Positions 17,591-25,167 of a DNA stretch of 32,000 nt are shown here, piece by piece (positions within the stretch are counted from its first letter, which is position 1; every line of letters starts with the position of its first letter). Below the pieces are notes generated by a model. That model was not told where the DNA came from, did no database searches, and saw only the letters and a list, made by a program, of their open reading frames with translations. Position numbers and translations under genes: made by a program. The DNA comes from a bacterium (GTDB lineage: Bacteria; UBP7; UBA6624). Where the stretch lies: assembly GCA_002716355.1 (NCBI GenBank), contig PBAU01000003.1:120001-152000 (forward strand), in the 5' to 3' direction.

Positions 17591-19120
17591 TTAAAAAGAA
17601 CTAACAAGATCAAAAAATTCTTCTTTTGTAAATTCTCCTATATGCACAACAGTGTCATCAAGCCCGTCTTGACTAAACATCAAAATAAGGGAAGGTGGTC
17701 CTGAGATATTATGTTCATTCCTAAATTGAAATTCCTCTTCACTCTCTTCTGTAAGGTCAACTTTTATAAATTCCCAATTTGAATTTTCAAAAAAAGCTAT
17801 CACCTCTTCGTCCTGCCAAACATTTTTGTCTACAGCCCTACATGGAATACACCATTTAGCAGTGAAGTAATAAATTTGATTTTTTTCTTCTGCTCCGGAT
17901 TGAACTGATCCATCTCCAGAGTCAAACCTTGACCAAGCCAAAAACAATCCATATGCAACTAAAGCTAAACCCATTGCTTTTTTAATCGTTATCAGCCATT
18001 TTCCGCCTTTAGGAATCTGTGCACCCAATGTTGAAAAACATATAAAAGGTATAGCCATGCCAAGACCAAGAGTTCCGAAAAGCTTAAACCCTTCTAGCAA
18101 GCTCCCAGTCTGCAAAACAGTTGCTGAAGCAGAGGCTAAAACAGGAGCCGTGCAAGGGGTTGCAGCTATACCTAAAGCTGCACCAAGCCCAATCTTTCCT
18201 TTTGTCCTTAAGAAATCTGTAAACTTTGAAATTTTTGAAGATGTTGGAATGGTGTATCCAGAAAGCATGAATATACCCATGACAATAAAAAGAACAGACA
18301 AAAACCAACCAAAAAAAGAACTTTGTAAAGCTGCACCGCTACCTTTTCCGAGTAATGCGAAAGCTGCACCGCAAACCGAATACGTCAAAACCAAGCCAAA
18401 AACAAAAGGCAGAGAGTTAAAAAAGGCTTTCAGGCCCCTCTCTCCATCAGCAACAGAAAGAACAACTATAGGCATGATTGGAAAAACACATGGAGAGAAG
18501 GCAAGGCCAAGGCCAGCAAGCAAAAGAACCCAAAATCCTAAAGAGTTTTGATTGGTGTTGTCAATAGGAGAAGTTAAAGCTTTTTCAGAATCCTCAACAG
18601 CCACAGGCTCCTCCTCAACAGCCACAGGCTCCTCCTTGAGGAGTTTGTCTTGGTTGATGTTTGACTTTATTTCAACGGTTTCCTGTGGGTAACAGATTTT
18701 ATCGGTACAAACCTGATAGGTTAATTTACCTTGAATGTGATCAACAGAACTCTCAAGAAAAGCTTTAACACTCAAAACAACTTGATATTCATAAACAAGA
18801 AGCTCTTCATCTGACCAGTCTAAAAAAATACTTTCTGGCTCAGGGTAAAAAACATCTTTCCATTTAACCCCCTTGCCTTCTGATGGTATAAATTCAGTCG
18901 GTATTAAATAAGGGTCAAGAGGCTCATTAGCGTTAACTTTCCAAGATTCTGGCAAGTCAATATAAATATCCCATCTTATCTCTTGTTTTTTTTCTTTTGA
19001 GTAAACGACCTTGTCAACAACTTTTACATCCTCACTGCTTGCAAAAGCACAAACCAAAAAAAGAAAAAATAAAGATAGAGTTCTTATAAACTGTTCAAAA
19101 TTGTTATAAACTTGTTTCAT
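17591..19120 (-). CDS. dsbD: Thiol:disulfide interchange protein DsbD-like (alpha domain + CcdA/DsbD TM core + C-terminal thioredoxin domain)
   Basis: Signal peptide. Alpha-domain cysteines YQVCTDKICYP. TM-core cysteines FSPCVFP and ATPCTAP. C-terminal thioredoxin CxxC AKWCIPCRAV. Confidence 0.85.
   Translation of the reverse strand: MKQVYNNFEQFIRTLSLFFLFLVCAFASSEDVKVVDKVVYSKEKKQEIRWDIYIDLPESWKVNANEPLDPYLIPTEFIPSEGKGVKWKDVFYPEPESIFLDWSDEELLVYEYQVVLSVKAFLESSVDHIQGKLTYQVCTDKICYPQETVEIKSNINQDKLLKEEPVAVEEEPVAVEDSEKALTSPIDNTNQNSLGFWVLLLAGLGLAFSPCVFPIMPIVVLSVADGERGLKAFFNSLPFVFGLVLTYSVCGAAFALLGKGSGAALQSSFFGWFLSVLFIVMGIFMLSGYTIPTSSKISKFTDFLRTKGKIGLGAALGIAATPCTAPVLASASATVLQTGSLLEGFKLFGTLGLGMAIPFICFSTLGAQIPKGGKWLITIKKAMGLALVAYGLFLAWSRFDSGDGSVQSGAEEKNQIYYFTAKWCIPCRAVDKNVWQDEEVIAFFENSNWEFIKVDLTEESEEEFQFRNEHNISGPPSLILMFSQDGLDDTVVHIGEFTKEEFFDLVSSF
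18592..18633. repeat. Perfect 2 x 21-bp in-frame tandem duplication inside dsbD
   Basis: CCTCAACAGCCACAGGCTCCT occurs at 18592-18612 and again at 18613-18633. It encodes the duplicated linker EEPVAVE-EEPVAVE between the alpha domain and the TM core. Confidence 0.95.
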
Positions 19121-19127
19121 GAAACAA
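19112..19127. repeat. 16-bp perfect palindrome containing both divergent start codons
   Basis: TTGTTTCATGAAACAA is its own reverse complement. CAT (19118-19120) is the dsbD start and ATG (19119-19121) is the DUF4139 start. Both proteins begin MKQ. Confidence 0.95.
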
Positions 19128-20459
19128 AAACCATTACTTTATATCCTATTTCTTTTTGCATTAAACAATTCAACTATCGAATCAACAAATCTTACTTTAT
19201 ACAACGATGGTACTGGATATGTTAATCAAACAATAAAAACAGAATTACCAATTGGAGAATTTGTTGACTGGAAACTTGACAACCTTGCAGCAAGTTTGGA
19301 GGCCACCAGTGTAAGGCTTTTTTCAGCATCAAATGACTCATTCAAAATACATGAACAAAACTTTGAATATGACCTTGTAAACAAATCAAAAATACTTGAA
19401 AAGTATCTTGGGAAAGAGATCAAATTCGCAATAACTAATATATCTACAGGCAGAATTACAAACAAGAAAGGGCTCCTCCTTTCAAACATTGGAGAGGGGG
19501 TCTATAAGATAGATAATGAAATATATATTGGCGCACCAGGAAGAATTATTCTTCCAGATCTTCCAGACGGCCTTGCAATTAAACCTAGCTTGAAATGGAA
19601 AATATCAAATTCAAAAAAAACCAAACAAGACTTACATCTCTCTTACCTAATGAGCGGAACACCTTGGAGTTCAGATTATTCACTTAACGTAAATGATGGA
19701 AGCTTTGTTGGTTGGGTTACATTGAACAATAATTCTGGAACATCTTTTACAGATTCAAACATCAGCTTGGTAGCCGGAGAGATAAACAGAGCTAAACAAC
19801 CTGTTGAAAATCTAAGGATGCAAAAAGTTTACACCGAGGCTGATTCGGTTCAATCTGAATCTTTATTTGAATACCATATGTATACATTACCAAATAAAAC
19901 TGACCTTCCTGACAAGAGCATCAAACAAGTTAAATTCGTATCTAGCAGCAATATTGAACTACAAAGAAAATACACAATAGAAAATCATGGCTACAGCTAT
20001 CAAAGCGTCAACAAGATTCCTGTGAAAGTATCAGTTGAATTTTTAAATTCAGACAAAAATGGCTTAGGCATACCTCTACCCAAAGGTTTAATAAGAATGT
20101 TTGCTACAGATAGCAATGGAAATAATCAATTTGTAGGAGAAGACAGAGTTTCACATACTCCAAAAAACGAAAAGATAAGCCTGAATGCTGGGGAAGCTTT
20201 TGATATCGTTAGCGATTTTAAAGAATTATCCACAAGGAACCTAGAGGGAAACAAAACAGAAAAAAAATACCAACTTTCAATTCGAAATCGAAAAGACACA
20301 ATTGTTACTGTTTCTTATAAAGCAAGATTGTGGGGAGATGTCCAAATCAAGCCTTCAGACATGTTTAAAAACATAGGAAACAACTGGTATGAGTCAAAAA
20401 TCAACATAAACCCAAATCAGGAAATCACATTGGATTACACTGTCGTTTTCAATAATTAA
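19119..20459 (+). CDS. Exported DUF4139 domain protein
   Basis: Signal peptide MKQKPLLYILFLFALNNS. DUF4139-like core HLSYLMSGTPWSSDYSL....GWVTLNNNSGTSFTDSNISLVAGEINR. Confidence 0.65.
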   Translation: MKQKPLLYILFLFALNNSTIESTNLTLYNDGTGYVNQTIKTELPIGEFVDWKLDNLAASLEATSVRLFSASNDSFKIHEQNFEYDLVNKSKILEKYLGKEIKFAITNISTGRITNKKGLLLSNIGEGVYKIDNEIYIGAPGRIILPDLPDGLAIKPSLKWKISNSKKTKQDLHLSYLMSGTPWSSDYSLNVNDGSFVGWVTLNNNSGTSFTDSNISLVAGEINRAKQPVENLRMQKVYTEADSVQSESLFEYHMYTLPNKTDLPDKSIKQVKFVSSSNIELQRKYTIENHGYSYQSVNKIPVKVSVEFLNSDKNGLGIPLPKGLIRMFATDSNGNNQFVGEDRVSHTPKNEKISLNAGEAFDIVSDFKELSTRNLEGNKTEKKYQLSIRNRKDTIVTVSYKARLWGDVQIKPSDMFKNIGNNWYESKININPNQEITLDYTVVFNN

Positions 20460-22430
20460 TCAATAAATAAAACTGCTTCTAAAAGGCTTATCCAAACTGT
20501 CATTTCCTTCAAGCAAAAACCTACATGGTTTATTCATGTCGGAGCCTTGGAACTTAGTATTTGCTCCGCCCCATTCATTTGCAATAATCGGATAAGTAAA
20601 AGTCAGAAATCTTTTAGCTCTTGTAACAGCAACATAAAAAACTCTTCTTTCTTCCTCTATGTCATCGTTGCTGACTGTTCTTGGACCGCAAAAAGAAGAA
20701 TCGCAAGCCCTGATAATCCAAATCATATCCCATTCCAAGCCTTTAGATTGATGAATGGTGGAAAGGATCAGTCTCTCACCTTTATCGGTGCCTGCAACAA
20801 CATCAGAGCCAAACATCTCCCCCAATAAAACAAAATCAGAAATGAAAGACTTAAGAGACTTGTACGAATCAGACAACTGTGCCAGCTGATTGATGTCATC
20901 CTCCCTGTTGCTTGCGTTCTTGTACTTAACTTGCAAATAGTCAGAATAAGAGCTCTCCATAATTTTCACTATAAGATCTTTAGCTGTTGAATGCTCTTGA
21001 TGGTTCAAGCTGCTCAAAGAGAGTATCTCGTTAAAAAATATTACCCAATTCCTATAAGCTTTTTCTGGAAGTAAATCTTTGCCAAAATCTTGACCAAGGT
21101 CTGCAATGTTTTTTGATTTTAAAATTTCTTTTATCAGTTTCCTGGACCTAACAGCCCCGATACCAGGACACATCCCTATAACTCGAGTCCATGCAATCTC
21201 ATCTTTGCTATTTATAAGTATTTTCAAATGTGCAACGACATCTTTAATATGAGCCTGTTCAAGAAACCTAACACCACTCCTTATTTGATAAGGTATGTTT
21301 CTCTTAACAAGCTCTGCCTGCAAGAAAGCACTATGGCTATGATTCCTATAAAGAACAGCCATTTCAGAAAGACGAAAACCATCTTGAAATCTTTCAGCGA
21401 TCTTCTTAGCAACCCATGTTGCTTCAGCATTGACATTTGGCAAAGGCATTATTCTGGGCCTTGGCCCTACACTCTTGCTTGCCGGAACCAACTCTTTGTA
21501 AAATTGCTTTTTATTGTTCTTGATGATATCGTTTGCAAGATTCAGCACCTGGCTCGTTGACCTGTAGTTTCTTTTCAAATAATGTATCTTTACATCCTCA
21601 TGCCTGTCTTTAAACTCAAGTATGTTCTCATAAACTGCTCCTCTAAATGCAAATATGCTTTGGCAATCATCACCAACGACAGTCAGCTTGCCCCCATTAA
21701 CATTTGCTAACAAATCAACTATTTCACCCTGTATCTTATTTGTATCCTGAAATTCATCTACGAGAATATCCTCATGAAAAAAAAGCTCTTTGCTTTCTTC
21801 TGAAAAATCTGCCAAAAGCCTATGCCAGCAAATTAAAAGATCGTCATAGTCCAAACAATTTGCATTCCATTTTCTCTTTGTGTAAGCGGCATAAACATCA
21901 AATATTTCTTTCATGTATTCAAATGATTGAGGTGAGTTTTGCACAACAACGTCTTCAAGATCTTGATTTTTGTTAATTGAATTTGAAAACATTTCTATCA
22001 AAACCCTTGGTGTGGGAAAGTAATGATCCAATTTGCCTAAAGTTTCAGCAACGGTTGCCTTGACAAGGTCTCTTTGGTCTTCTGAGTCAATAATGGAAAA
22101 ATTGTTATCCAGCCCAATCAACTTTCCATGTGTCCTCAAATACCTATTTGCAATTGAATGGAATGTTCCCCCATTGATTCTTCCTCGGTTGCCAGAAATC
22201 AATGATGAAGCCTGGAACATCATGTTTCTTGCGGCTTTATTGGTGAATGTCAGCAAAAGCATATTCTCTGGACTCATGCCTTTTTCTATAAGGTATGCAG
22301 TCCTGTATGTAAGCGTTCTGGTCTTGCCCGTGCCTGCTCCAGCCAAGACAAGATGCTTGCCCTTTTCTGCAGTCACAACCTTTAATTGGTCATCATTAAG
22401 GCTTGAAAGATTGAGTTTCACAAGTATCAT
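20460..22430 (-). CDS. uvrD: UvrD/PcrA/Rep superfamily 1 ATP-dependent DNA helicase
   Basis: Walker A LAGAGTGKTRT, motif II ILVDEFQDTN, VVGDDCQSIFAFRGA, RNYRST, TIHQSKGLEWD, YVAVTRAK. Its stop abuts the convergent DUF4139 stop with 0 nt between them. Confidence 0.88.
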   Translation of the reverse strand: MILVKLNLSSLNDDQLKVVTAEKGKHLVLAGAGTGKTRTLTYRTAYLIEKGMSPENMLLLTFTNKAARNMMFQASSLISGNRGRINGGTFHSIANRYLRTHGKLIGLDNNFSIIDSEDQRDLVKATVAETLGKLDHYFPTPRVLIEMFSNSINKNQDLEDVVVQNSPQSFEYMKEIFDVYAAYTKRKWNANCLDYDDLLICWHRLLADFSEESKELFFHEDILVDEFQDTNKIQGEIVDLLANVNGGKLTVVGDDCQSIFAFRGAVYENILEFKDRHEDVKIHYLKRNYRSTSQVLNLANDIIKNNKKQFYKELVPASKSVGPRPRIMPLPNVNAEATWVAKKIAERFQDGFRLSEMAVLYRNHSHSAFLQAELVKRNIPYQIRSGVRFLEQAHIKDVVAHLKILINSKDEIAWTRVIGMCPGIGAVRSRKLIKEILKSKNIADLGQDFGKDLLPEKAYRNWVIFFNEILSLSSLNHQEHSTAKDLIVKIMESSYSDYLQVKYKNASNREDDINQLAQLSDSYKSLKSFISDFVLLGEMFGSDVVAGTDKGERLILSTIHQSKGLEWDMIWIIRACDSSFCGPRTVSNDDIEEERRVFYVAVTRAKRFLTFTYPIIANEWGGANTKFQGSDMNKPCRFLLEGNDSLDKPFRSSFIY

Positions 22431-22439
22431 TTATACATC

Positions 22440-23318
22440 ATGAATCTAACGAATCAAAAAAAATACACTGATTTGCTAGAGAAGTTCTCTTTGTTCCTGA
22501 TAAGTGAAGGCAAGTCTGATTTGACTATTGAAGCCTATATGAAAGATGTCAAAGGTTGGCTTGAGAAAAACAATAGCACACCTGATGAAATGGCTGACCA
22601 TATAGCTTCATTGGGAATACGGGGAAAGGCCTCCAGGACCATTTCGAGGCATGCCTCTTCATTGAGAAGGTGGGGAAGATTCTTGGTTGAGCATGGATAT
22701 GAGAAAGAGGATATCGCAAGGCTTATCGTCAACCCGAAAAGAAAGATACACTTGCCGACATTCCTTGTCCAGCAGCAGGTTGAAGACATAATCGAATCAT
22801 GTGACCAAGAATCTGAAATCGGCATAAGGGATGCAACAATGTTCCAGATGATCTATGACGCAGGGCTTCGTGGCAGTGAGGCCCTGAAGATCAAGCTTGA
22901 AGACTTGAGCCAGTCAAGGACAGAATTTATAGTCACGGGAAAGGGAAGCCGTGAAAGGGTTTGCCTCCTTGGCCCAAGGTCGAAGGAAAAGCTTGAAAAA
23001 TGGATTGAAGGCCCGAGAAAGGAATGGGACAGCAATGAATGCCCTTTCCTTTTCATCAGCAAGAAGGGGACACCCATAACGACAAGGCAATTGAGGAACA
23101 GGTTCTATGAGGCTGTCAAGAGTGCCGGATTGGGTTCAGGCATATCCCCGCATGCATTGAGGCATGCCTTTGCGACACATATGCTTCAGAATGGCTGTGA
23201 CATCAGGATAGTGCAGTCATTGCTTGGGCACAAGAGGATAAGCACGACACAGATCTACACGCATTTGGCTTTCCCTGACCTGCTCATGACGTACAGGGCC
23301 TGTCACCCTAGGGCTTGA
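22440..23318 (+). CDS. Tyrosine site-specific recombinase, XerC/XerD family
   Basis: SAM-like N-domain. Catalytic-domain motifs RDATMFQMIYDAGLRGSEALKIKLEDL, GKGSRERVCLL, HALRHAFATHMLQNGCDIRIVQSLLGHKRISTTQIYTH. Typical Xer C-terminus ...CHPRA. Confidence 0.85.
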   Translation: MNLTNQKKYTDLLEKFSLFLISEGKSDLTIEAYMKDVKGWLEKNNSTPDEMADHIASLGIRGKASRTISRHASSLRRWGRFLVEHGYEKEDIARLIVNPKRKIHLPTFLVQQQVEDIIESCDQESEIGIRDATMFQMIYDAGLRGSEALKIKLEDLSQSRTEFIVTGKGSRERVCLLGPRSKEKLEKWIEGPRKEWDSNECPFLFISKKGTPITTRQLRNRFYEAVKSAGLGSGISPHALRHAFATHMLQNGCDIRIVQSLLGHKRISTTQIYTHLAFPDLLMTYRACHPRA

Positions 23319-23415
23319 TGGAAAGAAGTTCTATTTGACGGCGAGTGTCTGCAAAAGACGTACTGGCAGCAAACTTATCGATGTGGTGATTTGACTGAGT
23401 GCAACACCGGATCAA

Positions 23416-24090
23416 TCACTGGAAGACCTGGTTGACAACAAACTCAAAGGAAGCATTATCTGAAGTATTCCCAGCTCCATCCTTTACATTAACCTCAAAT
23501 TCATAGTCACCAAACGGCAGGTCGGGGTATGAAATGGCTCCTCCATTACATATTTCCCAGACTGGATTTTGCAACCCTGTAAGCCTACACCAATACTCAG
23601 CAACAAAATAGTTGTCAGTTCCATCATACGCAAAATTTGCAGTAAAAGGCGCAAAACCAACAATCTCTCCAGAAATATAGTCTGGAGATTCTGATATTGT
23701 TACTTCAGGATCAGTTAAATCAACAGTAAGTGTCCAGTTTATTCCTCCATGCGGTGGATTATGTGGTTCCTCGTTCCCAGCTGAATCAGTTGCCTTGACT
23801 TCAAAGTTCTGAGATCCATCAGAAAGGACCGTATAGTTAACAGGGCTTATACAAGACTGCCAAGACACAGTTGAGTTTTGACAATTGGTATTTGGACAAA
23901 GCCTGCATTCGAACGTGCAGTTATCTTCATCAGCCTGAAACGAAAAACTCAGAGTGGCAGATCCATGATAGCCTGATGGGGGATCAAGCAAGACAGTATG
24001 AGGAGGATCGACATCAGTAACAGGACCTGAGCCTCCTCCGCCACAGGCATATAAAAAAACTATAGAAAACAAAACAAAAAAATTTTTCAT
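23416..24090 (-). CDS. Small lipoprotein built from two copies of the Ig-like two-cysteine repeat also found in the S8 protease
   Basis: Lipobox MKNFFVLFSIVFLYAC followed by GGGGSG. Repeat 1: LSFSFQADEDNCTFECRL...WQSCISPVNYTVLSDGSQNFEVKATDSAGNEE. Repeat 2 is more diverged: FTANFAYDG...YWCRL...WEICNGGAISYPDLPFGDYEFEVNVKDGAGNTS. AAGGAG Shine-Dalgarno at 24098-24103. Confidence 0.8.
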   Translation of the reverse strand: MKNFFVLFSIVFLYACGGGGSGPVTDVDPPHTVLLDPPSGYHGSATLSFSFQADEDNCTFECRLCPNTNCQNSTVSWQSCISPVNYTVLSDGSQNFEVKATDSAGNEEPHNPPHGGINWTLTVDLTDPEVTISESPDYISGEIVGFAPFTANFAYDGTDNYFVAEYWCRLTGLQNPVWEICNGGAISYPDLPFGDYEFEVNVKDGAGNTSDNASFEFVVNQVFQ

Positions 24091-24102
24091 ATTAAAACTC
24101 CT

Positions 24103-25122
24103 TTATCTGACATTGCCGTCAGTATCAACAACCATGATGATTCCGTCAAACAACGAATCTGGGTTTCCGGGAACTCCCCTGAATCCGCTTGAGTCACTGA
24201 CAACTCCATCATTGTCCGGATCCCAGGCATCGCTCATAAGCACATTAGGGACACCATCACCATAAATGCTGTCACCGCTGTATGGCTGCTCGCCATTAGC
24301 GCCTATGCCAGGCATGCACGCCCTATCGCCTCTTGATTCAATGGAGCCATTGAGCTGATAGCCTGGAGAGCAAAGGTAATCTTTGCCTATTCCTCTAGTG
24401 GATCCAAATGCAGCCAAGACCCAACCTTGGGAAACAGCTCTTGTTTCACTTGACGGATTGGCTTCACCTTGCTCTACATAAGGTGCAAACCTGCCTGAAA
24501 CCAATGACCTGTATATGAAAAGCCCTGGGATGAAGTCAATTGTTTTGGCATCTCCATCACCTACAAAATAAGTTCCTGGGGATTGACAGTCATTTGTGGT
24601 ATGGTCCAATGCAGACCAGCATGAGGATGGAAAATTTGGATCATGAAGAACATTGCCCATAAAGCTTCCAGCCCTCAATGGCACCTCAGAAAGCCCCATG
24701 TCGTCTAAAAGATGATCATCCATACATCCGAACCTTGGATCTTCAGCAGCCATCGTGCACATGCCTCTTCCATCCTGCACAAAAGGATTCTTCGGATACT
24801 GGTCGATATATCCAAATCTCAACAATGGATCCAATGCCGACCAGCTTCCATGCTCGTGACCAGCAATATCTGGATGTGCAGCGCTGGTTCCGCTGTACCC
24901 CCAGGAATTAGGTGTACCGCCCCATATGTATCCTGGATAATACCCATCATAGTCTGCAGCAAACCTATGAAGGGCTGACTGGATTATCCTGAGGTTATTC
25001 TTGACCTCGGTTTCTTTTGCCTTGTCTTTGGCCTTGACGAAATTAGGCAAAGCAAGCGAAACAAGTATTCCTAATATGGTTATCACAACTAAAAGTTCAA
25101 TAAGGGTAAATCCTCTTTTCAT
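24103..25122 (-). CDS. Prepilin-type N-terminal cleavage/methylation domain protein (pseudopilin-like; DUF1559-like architecture)
   Basis: Class III signal MKRG/FTLIELLVVITILGILVSLALPNF with Glu at +5. Then KNNLRIIQSALHRF. A 300-aa Gly/Asp/Pro-rich C-domain ends ...FDGIIMVVDTDGNVR. GGAGGA Shine-Dalgarno at 25129-25134. Confidence 0.8.
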   Translation of the reverse strand: MKRGFTLIELLVVITILGILVSLALPNFVKAKDKAKETEVKNNLRIIQSALHRFAADYDGYYPGYIWGGTPNSWGYSGTSAAHPDIAGHEHGSWSALDPLLRFGYIDQYPKNPFVQDGRGMCTMAAEDPRFGCMDDHLLDDMGLSEVPLRAGSFMGNVLHDPNFPSSCWSALDHTTNDCQSPGTYFVGDGDAKTIDFIPGLFIYRSLVSGRFAPYVEQGEANPSSETRAVSQGWVLAAFGSTRGIGKDYLCSPGYQLNGSIESRGDRACMPGIGANGEQPYSGDSIYGDGVPNVLMSDAWDPDNDGVVSDSSGFRGVPGNPDSLFDGIIMVVDTDGNVR

Positions 25123-25167
25123 AACGTATCCTCCAAAAAATTATAACCCTAGAAAAAGATTCTTTAT

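Noticed and set aside
18057-18551. 164-aa + strand ORF antisense to dsbD, and similar long antisense ORFs (9852..10169, 10368..10661, 12594..12932, 21228..21560, 22033..22443, 25571..25867)
   Set aside because: Each is opposite a gene with strong family motifs. Their compositions (Pro/Ser/Lys/Phe-rich) are typical of antisense frames in AT-rich DNA. None has an independent start context or recognisable domains.
20460-23318. UvrD-like helicase next to a tyrosine recombinase, as a possible mobile element or defence (Gabija-like) locus
   Set aside because: The helicase has a full set of housekeeping SF1 motifs and no partner ATPase or nuclease gene. The recombinase has XerC/D hallmarks, including the ...HPRA C-terminus, rather than phage-integrase features. 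I saw no flanking direct repeats, tRNA target or att-like sites.
23319-23415. 97-nt convergent gap after xer, examined for a terminator, small RNA, tRNA or dif site
   Set aside because: Only 4-5 bp potential stems. No T-loop-like GTTCGAATC motif, and no 28-bp dif-like palindrome recognisable by eye.
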